Assembly: GCA_964016885.1 (NCBI GenBank)
Contig: OZ024753.1
Location: forward strand, 6,634,001-6,698,000
Source: Eledone cirrhosa
Taxonomy: Eukaryota
Reading direction: 5' to 3'
DNA: 64,000 nucleotides
Shown here piece after piece: positions 1-13,828 of this stretch. Positions within the stretch are counted from its first letter, which is position 1. Each line of letters starts with the position of its first letter. Under the pieces are notes generated by a model. The model was given only the letters and a program-made list of their open reading frames with translations. It did not search any database and was not told the DNA's origin. A program made the translations under genes and the position numbers.

Positions 1-40
1 TATGAGTATACGTGAGTAAATGTGTAATTACATTTTGCTA

Positions 41-1588
41 TCAGTCTTTATATATTTTCTTTTTAAATATCCCTTCTATAAATACAAATCTATTTCTATG
101 AGAGCTTATTGCTTTAGTAAGTCTTTGTTCAACAAAATACTCTTTGCTTACTAAAGTGGATGATTTTTCAAAATTTCTCATATCTTCATTGTTTTGTTCT
201 CTCAAACATTCAGCTACTTCCAAGTTCCTAATCAACAAAAATCTATGTATTCTTTCTTCGGTTTATTTCTTTCAGCTAGTTCTAAAGATAGCCAAAAATA
301 AACAACGTTGGTTATCGAATTTGAGTGAAAAGAATTTGTCTTATAATCTCTTCCGCTATTTTACTAAATTGGACCATGAATAAACAAAATGAAGCGTAAA
401 GCTTTATTTATGTTTCTATCTTAGAGTAACGAATAAAAATATTAAAATATACAAGTATGTTAATTTATTTTCTGGTATATTTCAAACTAAAATATTAATG
501 TGTTGTGTAAACTATCTATCGTTATTTTATTTTATTTTATTTTATTTTACATGTTCTTTTCGCACTTGCTTTCGATTAGAATAGAAAAAATAATGTTTGA
601 CATCGGAAGGTCATAGAATTGCAAATAGTCACATCCATTGTTTGGCATTTTGCCCTCCAGAATTTCAATCTGCTATGGCCTTGTATGCTTCATTTCAATG
701 TTTGCTGTAGACGAAGTACATATCTTTCGTGTTCGTCTTATAAAAAAGGGGGAAATTAATTGATATTAATTGATATTAATAGAAAAATGACCGTACCAAT
801 ATAAAGTGGATTCATTAGAAGAGTCAGCAACAAACATTGAGAGTTGAAGATATAATTCAATATAGAAAAACTAGTTTAGATTCCGTTTGATTAAGTAAGA
901 GTGAAATAACTGCAGATGTACTTATATAGGGTAAATATTTCTATCTAGCACTCTTCAACATATAGAACTGACGTATATGTTGATATGTGGGATTCAGCGA
1001 CGATTGCATTTAATGTACCCACCCATTTAGTCCAGATTCAGACATGTATCCCAGATCTGGTCTTTTTTTGCAGGGGATTGTATGAAGACGTGTCGGCTTA
1101 TTGTTACACAGCTTTATGCGATTACATCTAACATTAAATATTAATACTAATGATTTATTTTACTGCCTTGTAACCGTTCATCGACAATGATCTGTCACGA
1201 TGATTGTATATGTCTGCCACCACTGAAGAACTAGATATGGTACTTTCCGGTCGAACACTTAAAGCGTAATCAATCATTTGTATTGAAGGAATTGTCGTTA
1301 ATATGGCGGAGGTTAAGTTAAAATCGATCTCAGTATTTAATCCAGGCATGGACAACCCTTTTCGAAAAGCGGGCCACATGAGATATGGCTCATCGTCAGG
1401 TGGGCCGCAAGTGCAAAATGCATTCGTGCCCACATTAAAAACAAAGGGCCGTAACTCAGGTTGTTTTGATATGTTTCTTCAGAATTCGTACACGTTGTTT
1501 TCCTCGATCGTAAAAATGATAGAAAGATAAATTACGACTAACAATGTTGGTCCTCTTCGATTACATTCTGAAGATTCATATTTTAAAA
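41..1588 (-). pseudogene. Decayed protein-coding-like segment (unidentified family)
   Basis: Minus strand has a polypyrimidine+AG acceptor at 1589-1590, then a frame LKYESSEC...ENNVYEF*RNISKQPELRPFVFNVGTNAFCTCGPPDDEPYLMWPAFRKG...MNGYKAVK with one in-frame TGA (1479-1481). Stop-interrupted coding-like text continues to ~600, plus ORF 41-238. No confident homology recognised. Confidence 0.35.
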
Positions 1589-2080
1589 CTAGAAAAGAGA
1601 AGTGTAATGTTTATGGGTTTCATAAAGTGTATAGAGTCGTAAATGGTCACATATGTTAACAGTCGCACCGGCACCTTCAGTGGAACGTAGGTCCTTGATC
1701 TTTGATAACGTATAGTCTCGTGGGCTGTGAAAAGGGTCTAAAAGATTGCCTAGTCTAGCCCAGCTCCACCCTCACTAAACAGTAGAACTAAATTGAAATT
1801 GCATTACCAGTGAAACGAAATCAGAATATACGCATGATTAGTGATGTATTTAATCGAATATTCCACGGTTCACACGATTGGTCAGTTGAACAAAGGGTTT
1901 AACTTTCGATTTACTAATTTCAGCGTATTTTCTCTTTTTCATTTTTAATCATATTTCGATATCATGAGATGTTTCTTGATAATATTTTGGTATATTTCAG
2001 AGGATGTTGAGTGTAATTATTTGCTTTACCTTTTCAGTTTTATAATTGCCTAAATGCTAATTGGCAATCAGGTATAAAGA

Positions 2081-2462
2081 TGCCTCGAAATCCCGTACCT
2101 ACATGTCACCAATGTCTCTAAGTCCGTCTGCAATCTATGGAAATCTATTTAACTTCTTTCATTACAAGCTGGTTCAAGGAATCTGGTAAAAACTCTATGA
2201 TTTCATTACAACCACCTATTCTATTGATGGTTAGGAATTATCTTTCCTCACCATAAACGAACTTAGGGACATTGGTGACATGTATGTACGGGATTTCGAG
2301 GCATATGTGTACCCCCAATGTCTCTAAATCCGTCTGCAGTCTACGGAAATCTAGAGTTAACTTCTTTCATTACTTCAAGCTGGTTCAAGGAATCTGGTAA
2401 AACCTTGGTGATTTCATTATAGCCAATATTCTATTGATGGTTAGGAATTATCTTTCCCCATC
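2081..2462. repeat. Local inverted plus direct duplication (A-B-A'-B)
   Basis: 2081-2123 is the reverse complement of 2261-2303; 2109-2250 is directly repeated at ~2316-2462. Confidence 0.85.
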
Positions 2463-3323
2463 ATACACGGGCAAACATTTTGAACAATTATTTCGTTTGG
2501 CTTTCATCGATTTAAAGATTAAATATTACATTATACAAAACTGTACCTATTTTTAAATGTCCGGTGAAACTTCTATGCATTGCATTTAAAACCTATATAA
2601 TATCTCACGGGATTCTAACAAACATCATTTTGGAACTAGATTAAATAACAGATATACGGAATTACTCAAGATTGGGTGGGCAGGTGGATCGGTAAAGGGG
2701 AAGAGAAGAATATCTCAAATAATATATATATTTCATATATTCAAAATCAATAATAAATTATTTTTACAATTAGCAAATGGGAAAGTGATTAGAGAAGTAA
2801 ATATCAACTGCAATAACGAAATCATGTATAATCCCCATTGGGGAAACGCAATTAAGAAATACATTAATGGGACTATATGACTTTCGATTATATATTTACG
2901 TATTTTATACATGCCTCAGCATGTGCATTTCAATCTATACACATTAGAATTATATTCTAATAGATTAAAATGAAACTAAATACATTGCAAATGTATTGCC
3001 TTGACAACATATCCTAATAATACATTATGAGATGAATTTAATGCATTTCAAATTCAAAATGTTTTCTCTTTTTGAAAAATTTATTTTAAATCATATGTGG
3101 CAACGTTCTTTGATAGAATGACCCCACGAATATATATTTATGTTATATCACACATATCGATCAATGATTATCAGAATAACTATTGCAAGATGCCCATATA
3201 TACACAGCAATTAAGTTCTAGGTTCAGAAAGAACTTCATTTAACATTTACAAAGGTTTTCGGAAATATACATTCAATTTTCTGTCATTCATTCATTAGTA
3301 TTAGGTTATTTAATTATCTATGC

Positions 3324-3363
<40 letters not shown>

Positions 3364-3366
<3 letters not shown>

Positions 3367-3561
3367 AGTTGCAAGCGTGGGAAGGACCATTTTGATAAAG
3401 ACCAGTCAACTCTGAAATGCATAGACGGTTGTCCCCCTTGCTTATGCTGGACACCACCAGAGGACGTTAGCCCCAGTGTTTGCATAGCTACGGTTTTCTA
3501 AATGTTTTACCTCGTAAACATACCGTGTTTCTTTAGAAATACGAAACTTTTCTCTAGCTTT

Positions 3562-3566
<5 letters not shown>
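3364..3566 (+). mobile_element. Short element between (TA)n tracts with the 3' half of a hammerhead
   Basis: Flanked by (TA)n on both sides; begins AGAGTTG...CAACTCT-GAAAT-GC-ATA (stem II, GAAA, palindromic stem III, AUA); the CTGATGA part is missing. Confidence 0.45.
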
Positions 3567-3599
<33 letters not shown>

Positions 3600-3919
3600 T
3601 TATACGCACACACACAGAGGGTGGGGATTTGTCACCATTATAGAAAACATCTCAATCTAAAGTTAGCCAACATATATCTAATTCAAAGAAGCATATACAT
3701 ATATAATAACATATGCAAATTTACCGGGCGGGTATATTCCTAGTAGAACCACCTAATACAAGAAAGCACCACTTTCGTTTTTACCAAATTTCACAATTAT
3801 CAAGTGGTGTGCCGTCACTGAAATTAAATCTGATTTAGCTCGGTCACACGGAAAGTGCATTTAAAGATTTAGTAATTATGAAAACCTTAGATTATGATAA
3901 ACATAACCTATTAAATAAT

Positions 3920-4720
3920 TATTTCTACTTTTGGCACAAGGTCAGCAATTAACCTTGGTAGGATTTAAACTCAGAACGTAAAGGGACGTATCTATATGCC
4001 ACAAATCATGTTGTCTGACGCTCTGCGGATTCTGCCAATCCACCACCTAATAATTGTTTCTACTTTAGGCACAAGGCCAGCAATTACCCAGTACATTACT
4101 GGTACTTTATTTTATCGACCCCGTAAGGATGAAAGGCAAAGTCAACCTCGGCGAGATTTGAACTCAGATCGTAAAGGGACGTAACTATGCTGGAAAGCAT
4201 GGCATCCGACCCTCTACCGATACTGCCAATCCACCACCTAATAATAATGACCAAACACGACACCAGCCCCATCTGCAGCATCACAAGAAAAGTAAAGAGA
4301 TAGATTACGAAATGATCAACCAGACACAGTGATTGCTATAAAATATTAAAATAATCTTCACAATATTGTTAAAGTAATATATTGTTAAAGTAATATATGC
4401 ATAAAAACACCATCATTCCATGCTCTTCTCCGTTTGGAGATTCAAAACTTACATTTAAATAATTTCGACAATCAAAAGTTCATAATCAAAAATAATTAAA
4501 TGCAAAATATAAACAAAATTGTAATCAATAATTGTTTCTACGTTAGGCACAAGGCCAGCAATTTTCCAGTGCATTACTGGTACTTTATTTTATCGACCCC
4601 GTAAGGATGAAAGGCAAAGTCAACCTCGGCGGGATTTGAACTCAGATCGTAAAGGGACGTAACTATGCTGGAAAGCATGGCGTCCGACCCTCTACCGATA
4701 CTGCCAGTCCACCGCCCAAT
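3920..4720 (-). mobile_element. Cluster of tRNA-derived SINE copies (octopus-type): ~3920-4050 partial, 4050-4245, 4527-4720
   Basis: Reverse complement has A box TGGCAGTATCGG, B box GAGTTCAAATC(C/T), core CTTTCATCCTTACGGGGTCGATAAAATAAAGTACCAG and an AGTAGAAACAATTAT tail. Confidence 0.85.
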
Positions 4721-5189
4721 TGTAATCAATAATGACATGGAAAAGGTACTATAAAAACGAAACTTAGACATTATAAATTAATTAGTAGGCTAAATACTTA
4801 GTGAAAATTTATGAACTCATATTAAAAAAAAACTGATAAAAAATAAAAGAGAATATAACTTCTAAAAATCAAAATAAAACTAATTTATCTTTTAAAAAAA
4901 GAAAATTTATTAATCAAAGCTGAAGTGATATGTTTTGGTGCTAATAAGATAGAATGGCTAGAAAAAATAAAATAAAATAACATAGGCTGTAGATTATTGG
5001 TTGGTTGTGATATTCGGAGTCATCCCTCCCCCACCATCTAACTATTTCCCCAAAGTAAGCCAGAAAACAGACAAGTGTGTGTGTGGGGGGGGGGGGGTGA
5101 AAGGTAATAAACCTAAGTTAAACCCCACGAGTTATTACATTTTTATGACAATATTAACAACAACGACAACAAAAGGCAACAATAACATA

Positions 5190-5565
5190 AATAAAACAAG
5201 AAAAGAAAGAAAAAAAGAAAAGAGAAAAGAAGAAAAATAAAGAAAAAAAGAAAAAGGAAAAAAAAGAAAGAAAAAAGAAAAAGGAAAAAAAAGAAAGAAA
5301 AAAGAAAAAGATAAAAGAAAAAAAGGAAAACGAAAAGAAGAAAAGAAGAAGAAAGGAAGAAGAAAAGAAAAAGAAGAAAAAGAAAAAGAAGAAAAAGAAA
5401 AAGAAGAAAAAGCAAAAACAAGAAAATGAAGAAGAAGACAAACAACAACAATATAAGAACAACATATAGAATAAACAGAAGCAGCTACAGCCGCAATAAT
5501 AGTGAAAGCAGAATCAGCAGCAGCAATAGTAGTAGTAGTAGTAGTAATAATAGTAGTAGTAGTAT
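5190..5565. repeat. Purine-rich (AAG/AAAG) and (AGT/AGC) low-complexity tract
   Basis: Direct inspection. Confidence 0.9.
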
Positions 5566-5827
5566 GGGAAAATTAATTAATGATGACCATTTAATTTCTA
5601 GTTTAGATTTTGACAGTTCAGGGATTTCAATATCCCTTACTTCATTAGTTGTTTTATGTTGTCGTTCTTGTTGTTTGTCTGATTCTTTTACAATAGTGTC
5701 CGTGCAACTATCAGCAGAGCAGTTTAGATTGATGGAAATAAATATCTTAATATTACACAAATGCCTCTTTCATTTTAATAATGATTAAGACAATGCGCTT
5801 GCTCGCATATCTACATATACAGTAATA

Positions 5828-5880
<53 letters not shown>

Positions 5881-5882
<2 letters not shown>

Positions 5883-6414
5883 GCACCTATGCAAAGTAAA
5901 CAATTTACCACATTCTGAGAAGTGGTCTGAGCATAAGCCAGAGTCGGTGATAGAAAACGATCAGGTGAAGCTGCTATGTGATTTTAGGATACAGACGGAC
6001 AAGAAACTGGAACACAATAGGCCTGACCTGGTGGTTTTGGACAAAGAAAAAAAGATCGTGCCTGATTGTGGATGTGGCCTGCCCATTCGACACGAGAGTG
6101 CAAGAGAAGGAGAGGGAGAAAATTAACCGATATCAGGACTTAAAGTGGGAGGTAAAAAGGGTTTGGAACTGCCATGAAGTCAAAGTGGTCCCGATTGTCA
6201 TAGGCGCACTAGGTACTATCTCAAAAAATGTCCAGGGATGGTTAAAGATCATTGGCACCGCCACGCTTTTTGAAACGCTTCAAAAGGCATGCTTGCTGGG
6301 AACAGCAAGAACCCTCCGATACGTCCTGAATATCTGAGGCTGCAGGTAGTGGCTTGATGTTCATTTCAACAAACTTTCCAGTTAACTAACATCAATGACT
6401 GAGACTCAAAGAAC
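5881..6414 (+). mobile_element. 5'-truncated R4/Dong-clade non-LTR retrotransposon (RLE domain plus 3'UTR) in (TAA)n
   Basis: Translation WSEHKPESVIENDQVKLLCDFRIQTDKKLEHNRPDLVVLDK (frameshift in A-run) CLIVDVACPFD...KINRYQDL...PIVIGALG...LQKACLLGTARTLR is a restriction-like endonuclease. (AAT)n lies on both sides, the known Dong target. Confidence 0.9.
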
Positions 6415-6454
<40 letters not shown>

Positions 6455-6460
<6 letters not shown>

Positions 6461-6830
6461 TTTCAACTTTTGGCACAAGGCGAACAATTACTCTCAGTGC
6501 ATTACTGGTACTTTATTTTATCGACCTCGTAAGGATAAAAGGCAAATATAGCTCGGCAGGATTTCAACTCAGAACGTAAAGAGCCATAACTCTATGATGC
6601 AAAGCATGATGTCTGACGCTGCCGAACCACCATAATAATTGTTTCTATTTTGGCGCAAGGCCAGCAACAAGCCCCAGTGCATTACTGATACTTTATTCTA
6701 TCGACCTCGTAAAGATGAAAGGCAAAGTAAACTTCGGTGGGATTTAAAATCAGAACGTAAAGGGTGATAACTCTATGCTGAAAATCATGGCATATGACCC
6801 TCATCCGATACTGCAAATCCACCACCATTC
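6455..6830 (-). mobile_element. Two tandem SINE copies
   Basis: Same family as 4050-4245. Confidence 0.8.
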
Positions 6831-6878
6831 ATATCTATATAATATATGTTGAGAGTAATAAGTATTAATCTTGTATTT

Positions 6879-7066
6879 CCTTAACACTTTACTGTTATAA
6901 CACATCCTTAACACTTTACTGTTATAACATATCCTTAACAGTTTACTGTTATAACATATCCTTAACACTTTACTGTTATAACATATCCTTAACAGTTTAC
7001 TGTTATAACATATCCTTAACACTTTACTGTTATAACATATCCTTAACACTTTACTGTTATAACACA
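6879..7066. repeat. 27-bp minisatellite, ~7 copies
   Basis: Unit CCTTAACACTTTACTGTTATAACATAT. Confidence 0.95.
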
Positions 7067-7469
7067 TCGACTTGTGGGTCAATTTGATTCTATTTGAATT
7101 CTACAATCAGTGTAATATTAGTCGCTACAGTCATTATATAACAGTCACCAAAATATCTTGTAGCCATTAATTACTTTAATAGTTTTCCTAGAATTCTTCG
7201 TAAAAACTAAAAAGAAACACCGGGAAAATAAGCCGAACTAAAGTATGTTTATTACACTGAATTTCAAAATGCCATTATTTTAAGAACGAGGTGATAATTC
7301 ATGTAAATTAAAAATAATCGAATTGCATAAATGTTAGATTATGAGATACTAATGTATATTCAAACTTACATTAACATTGTTAATGACATTTTTTCCATCC
7401 ACTTATCCATTATTATGAATTCCTCATATGACAACATAAATTGTATCACTGATGTAATTTACTATATTA

Positions 7470-7660
7470 AAATAATTGTTTCTACTTTAGGCACAAGGCC
7501 AGCAATTATCCAGTGCTTTATGGTACTTTATTTTATCGACCCCGTAAGGATGAAAGACAAAGTCAACCTCGGCGGGATTTGAACTCAGATCGTAAAGGGA
7601 CGTAACTCCATGTTGGAAATCATGTCCAACCCTCTACCGATACTGCCAATTCACGGCCCT
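7470..7660 (-). mobile_element. SINE copy
   Basis: Same family core and tail. Confidence 0.85.
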
Positions 7661-8328
7661 TATAATAATATTATAATAATGGTGGATATATTATTAGGGA
7701 TTGACTCCCGTACTTTTTTGTTTTTTTACATATTTAAAACAACTGTGATATAATAATTCTTATTGCAAATGGGACATAAGGCATCGGCCATCCCTTAGGA
7801 AGTGAGATCCCATAATACCAAAGTATAATCAATGTGGTGTGTTAAACTGGCTTACCAATATATACAGTGAATTTATTTGCCCTAGGGGTCAGGAAGACTC
7901 TCGGTTAATATCAGAAACAATACTGAAGGAACAGGAAAACAATAATGATAATAATAATATTACATATAAACGACACCCTTTTTCTCTCTCTATATATATA
8001 ATATAAATTATATATATATTATATATATATATAATATATATATAATATAGATATATTATATATATATTATATATATAATATATATATATATTATATATAT
8101 AATATATATATATTATATATATAATATATATATATATTATATATATAATATATATATATATTATATATATATAATATATATATATTATATATATATATAT
8201 TATATATATATTATATATATATTGCTGATATTAATAAATGGAAACTATTTATAAAACCATATTTATTCTATTACATATATTTCAAGAGTAACCAAAACTT
8301 AAATTAAATATCCCTTTTGTTTATTATA

Positions 8329-8359
<31 letters not shown>

Positions 8360-9152
8360 CATACATATATATATATTATATATTATATAGACACACACAT
8401 ACTTCTGATATCTCAACTGGTATTTCAATGATCATTTTCCATCGTATCTCATTGCGTATGTAACTCTTGTAGATATAGTAATGTCCACCAACGTCAAACT
8501 GATTCTTGCTTTACCATGAGAATTGGAATATCATATGATATTTATTTGACAGCAAATATTAGAGTAATTCAAATTTATCAGAACGGTGCACAGATAGGTA
8601 GAAACAATACTGAGTTCCGTGAAATGTATTCCCAGATTTATAGATAAGGTTAGATGACAGGAAATCTATATGACCATTTATTTCGTTTGGTTTAATGAAA
8701 CTACATATATGAGATTCTCTCGAGATGATATCCTAATGTGTTATGTCATTAGGTATCACTACATACTGAATAGAAATCTAAAATTTTAAACTAAAGTAGA
8801 AATGGAATCTCCTCTTTATTTATCACTTTTTAATAATACAAATTATGATGGGTAAGAAATATATTGTTAAATATGCCATCAGTGATGGGGCTAATTAAAT
8901 CCTTTCTCAATATCTACTACGAAAATGTAATAAATTAATGTTATACAATTATGAGTACATCTTAATTGCATTAGTGATAATATGAACACGAGTAATATAG
9001 AATTCCGTCGACGATGTCGACAAACTATATTCATTAGTTAAACGACGAAGTGGTAGCAGACCGGATCGAGAGTAGGCTTAATTTTTAACCGGATATATGT
9101 GGCAACATTTAATATATCTGACGGATATTATTCATTAAATATATTCAGAGAT

Positions 9153-9237
<85 letters not shown>

Positions 9238-9279
9238 GTATATATATATATATATATATACACATGTATATATATATAA

Positions 9280-9478
9280 GTAATAGGAACAAGTAAGACC
9301 CCGACGGCTGAACTCAAGCCGTTTCGACGGCCAATTCTGGACTGAATTAGTCGTCGAAACGGCTTGAGCTCAGCCGTCGGGGTCTTACTTGTTCCTATTA
9401 CCCACACTACTACCCTAAGTATTGAGTACTTTGGTGCGTTATGGTCCACCTGGTTCCTTACCACATTTCCTTCGTTAT
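9280..9478 (+). mobile_element. Palindromic (TA)n-inserted element, family B, with HHR 3' half in both arms
   Basis: 9281-9400 is a ~55-bp-arm inverted repeat. The right arm reads GAAAC-GGCT-TGAGCTC-AGCC-GTC-GGGGTC, followed by a unique tail to (TA)n. Homologous to 34989-35172. Confidence 0.75.
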
Positions 9479-10099
9479 ATATATAAGTATGTATATATGT
9501 ATGTATACGTACATACATAAATGTATACAGACGTACAGTAGTATGTATATATATATATACATACAAGCACACACATATATATATATGCACGTATCGGTTT
9601 ACCAAACATTTTTTATAATGCTCGGTTTGTTTGTTTGTAAACAAACAAACAGCCCGAATTACGCCGTACAGTGTTTAGGCAACCACGTCACCTTTTTGTT
9701 CAACACTGACACAGAAACGATGTACTAGTTTCAAGCTTATTAGCTATCGTCAGCATCGTATACCTTCCTGCCAGATGGTTGAATGTCTGAAAGTATATAC
9801 TTTCCTTAAGCATATTAACGGCTGAGCAGCTTAATGTGCATTACAAGTAAGTGCCGTAATAGAGTGAGAAATGAAATTTCGTTTCATTCTATTCCATGTA
9901 TATATATATAAATAAATATACATGTATGTATATATATAAATATACATCCATGCATATATATAAATATACATCCATGCATATATATAAATATATACTTGTA
10001 TAAATATATACATATATAAATATATACGTATATGAATATATACATATATATGTATTTCAATATATACATATATAAATATATACATATATAAATATATAT

Positions 10100-10335
10100 T
10101 CTATATATATAAAAGCAAGTCGGTCTGTGTGTATGTCTGTCTGTCCGTGTACACATACGAGGCTCCTTTTAACTTAAGAAGTACTAGGCCGATTTAGCAC
10201 GTGCTATTGAGGCGACCTCTCATTGGCTAGCCAATTAGCTGACATGCACTCAGAAATTGCTAGCTAAGCCATAAACGATCTTGAACAATTCAGGCTATCA
10301 TTCATTTCCCGAGCAACGCCGGGTACATCTGCTAG
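10100..10335 (+). mobile_element. Non-autonomous Helitron
   Basis: 5' TCTATATATATAAAA, internal (GTCT)n, 3' hairpin CCCGAGCAACGCCGGG then CTAG|T. Confidence 0.8.
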
Positions 10336-10703
10336 TGTATATATATAATATATATATATATACATATGTTTGCTAATCTCCATCACACACACACATATAT
10401 ATATATATATAATTGTTTCTACTTTTGGCACAAGGCCAAAAATTAACCAGTACATTACTGGTACTTTATTTTATCGACAATGGTTGGTTCTTCTATAGAT
10501 ATCAACATAAACTCAACATACTTTCACACTGAACAATTGCCGCCAAATAATTTTATCTTCGATCTTTCCGCATCTACTGTCAGGTCTTTTTTAATTTCTT
10601 TCCTTTCTATCTCCCCAGATTAATCCTTCAATACACACACTGATATCCAGCCACCTCTCTCTCCCTCTCTCTCTCTATATATATATATCCCTCTCTCTCT
10701 CTC

Positions 10704-10751
<48 letters not shown>

Positions 10752-10763
10752 ATATATATATCC

Positions 10764-10801
<38 letters not shown>

Positions 10802-10840
10802 CCCTCTCTCTCTCTATATATATATGTGTGTCTGTGTGTC

Positions 10841-10885
<45 letters not shown>

Positions 10886-11049
10886 CCAGTGAGGTGTATT
10901 GATATTAGATTACACGATCTGGTACAATGACCGTGTTTACATTAATGGCAATGAAAGTCTGAATATGTGCTGACACATGAACTGACCGACATCTGTAATC
11001 TCTGAACTAATTAAATGTTCTCTTATTTGACCATCAATTCAACAATAAA

Positions 11050-11330
11050 AATCAACGTATATCTGTAGAGAAGCTTTCGACCCTTGACACTTCAATATGG
11101 AGTGTTAACTGTTTGCCTTAGCAATAACACTATTTGTCAGGATGTTTAGCTCAACAGCAATAAGTTCTTGGTTAGTTGAAGAAATTTGATTGACATAAAC
11201 CTGTCAGACAAGTCTCCAATTTCTTCTGTATCCACGGACAATTTTATTATCTATTAATAAATGTTATTTCCCGTTTCATTTCTCTAACCCCAGATTCCGA
11301 AATATTGAATGTATTGGAGTTGTTGAGAAA
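11050..11330 (-). mobile_element. Degenerate LINE APE endonuclease fragment (probable)
   Basis: Minus frame LLIDNKLSVDTEEIGDLSDRFMSIKF resembles the APE motif L+I...I.E....SDR+M.+K; many stops. Confidence 0.4.
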
Positions 11331-11452
11331 ACTCCATTATTGGAAAGAGACGAATAAATGAGTGAACAGATGAAGTTGAATTATTTTATGTTTGGACAAT
11401 ATTAATGTTACAAAGGTTGAAGTGTGTTGAAGTAAAACACCGTCATTATATT

Positions 11453-12480
11453 AGTGGACCTTCGGGCGGTGGATTGGCAGTATCGGTAGAGAGTCGGACG
11501 CTATACTTTCCAGCATAGTTACGTCCCTTTACGATCTGAGTTCAAATCCCGCCGAGGTTAACTTTGCCTTTCATCCTTACGAGGTCGATAAAATAAAGTA
11601 CCAGTAATGCACTGGGATAATTGATGGCCTTGTGCCGAAAGTAGAAACAATTATATTAGTGGACCTTCGGGCGGTGGATTGGCAGTATCGGTAGAGAGTC
11701 GGACGCTATACTTTCCAGCATAGTTACGTCCCTTTACGATCTGAGTTCAAATCCCGCCGAGGTTAACTTTGCCTTTCATCCTTTCGGGGTCGATAAAATA
11801 AAGTACCAGTAATGTACTGGGTATTTGCTGGCCTTGTGCCGAAAGTAGAAACAATTATATTAGTGGACCTTCGGCCCTTGAGGCCAATAAATGAAATCAT
11901 TATATTACTGGACTTCAGGGCGGTGGATTGGCATTATCGGTGGAGCGTCGGACACCATAATTTGCAGCATAGAGTTACGGTCCTTTGTGGTATGAGTTCT
12001 AATCTCGCCGAGGTTAACTTTGCCTTTCCTCCTTACGGGGTCGATAAAATAAAGTACCAGTAATACACTGGGATAATTGCTGGCCTTGTTCCAAAAGTAG
12101 AAACAATTATATTACAGGACTTCGATCGGTGGACTTGCAGTATCAGTAGAGTTTGTGAAAACATACTTTGTGACATAGTTACGCTCAATTGTGTCCTGAG
12201 TTTAAAACCTGTCGATAAAATAAAGTACCAGTAATGCACTGGGATCGATTTAATCGATGTCCTCCACCCCACGCCACTCCAACCCCGTCGGTCGTTTTTG
12301 AAACGGGAATGTCGATTAATTCGACACCAGTTTGTTAATGGGGTTTATTTTATCGACCAAGCCAGGATAAAAGACAAAGGTAACATCAGCGGGATTTGAA
12401 CTCAGAATGTAAAGAAACCTAACTCTAAGCCACAAAGCATGTTCTCCGAGGCTCTACTAATAGTGCCAATCCACTGCTAT
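11453..12480 (+). mobile_element. Tandem SINE cluster (four + copies, one - copy at ~12300-12480)
   Basis: 11453-11655 and 11656-11860 are near-identical head-to-tail copies with A/B boxes; further diverged copies follow. Confidence 0.9.
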
Positions 12481-12984
12481 ACTGCCTAATATTATATAGA
12501 CCCATAAATAATATTTGTGATATGAAGTTAATTATCAAATAGAATTGTATAGAAACGCGTATCTAAAGAGCGTATATTGTTGTATAGAGGATCGATTCTG
12601 CAGTATTGTAATGTAATCCGTTAGAGGCAAAAGCAATAAAGGATTAGATACGGATCGAAATAGTTGAATGGAAACTATTAATTCACTCCTGTCGGCTTTC
12701 GACAGGAAAACCTGAAGTTACTGAGAGCTGGGTGTATTATGGTGAATCTAAGAGAATGGAGGAGAGGCGTCATCTCTCCCTATAGAGATAGAGTCTAAGA
12801 GATTTTGTTGGAAACCAGGGTTGATTCACAGCTCAGCGGAAAGTTTAAAGGGCATTTTTCGTAGGTAGCTAAGAATACAATAGAATTCTCTATCCCCGGC
12901 TCAAGTGAGAAGATAACTTACCGCCTGAAATATGGAAGTGAATCCCCATTCAATTCCAGTTTGGAGTCACTATATTAGGATGGG

Positions 12985-13180
12985 TGGTGGATTGGCAGTA
13001 TAGGTATAGGGTGGGACGCCATGCTTTGACGCATAGAGTTACGGCCCTTGCCATTCTGAGATCAACTCCCGCCGAGGTTAACTTTGCCTTTCACCCTTAC
13101 GGGGTTCGATAAAATAAAGTACCAGTAATGTACTGGTGTAATGTACTGGCCTTGTGCCCAAAAGTAGAAACAACTATATT
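12985..13180 (+). mobile_element. SINE copy
   Basis: A box, B box-like motif, core and tail. Confidence 0.85.
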
Positions 13181-13522
13181 AGAACCGACGAATGTTTTAC
13201 AAATATGACACATTGAATTAGACGGAAGTACAGTAATAGATTCGTGGTTGTAGATATTCGGGGAGGTGTTTCATAGCTTCTATCGGTGGGGGGGGGGGGG
13301 GGTTCTCTGAAGTAATAGCAATTTTCGTTTGACCATAAGTGTGTATTGATTCATCTATAAAATATTTTTTTCAATTATTGTGTCTTTTAGTGCAAGCCGC
13401 AATTTTTTCCAGCTCGACCTTAGAAAATATACAACATACGCACACAGCCAAACACAGACACGTCACACACACACCAATATATATGTATATATATACACAT
13501 GCATATATAAGAGAGAGAAAGC

Positions 13523-13562
<40 letters not shown>

Positions 13563-13573
13563 CCGTATATATC

Positions 13574-13622
<49 letters not shown>

Positions 13623-13738
13623 AAGTATGTATGTATGTGTATATATATATATATATATAAGAAAGAGAGAGAATATATATATATATATATGAGAGAGAGA
13701 AAGTATGTGTGTATATATATATATATAAGAAAGAGAGA

Positions 13739-13784
<46 letters not shown>

Positions 13785-13793
13785 CAGAGAATG

Positions 13794-13828
<35 letters not shown>

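Noticed and set aside
11465-11555. tRNA gene (A and B boxes)
   Set aside because: SINE head: no cloverleaf, and it continues into the SINE body.
12540-12970. Possible Penelope RT fragment (SKADRS)
   Set aside because: The single short motif coincides with a DNA hairpin, and the surrounding translation is unconvincing.
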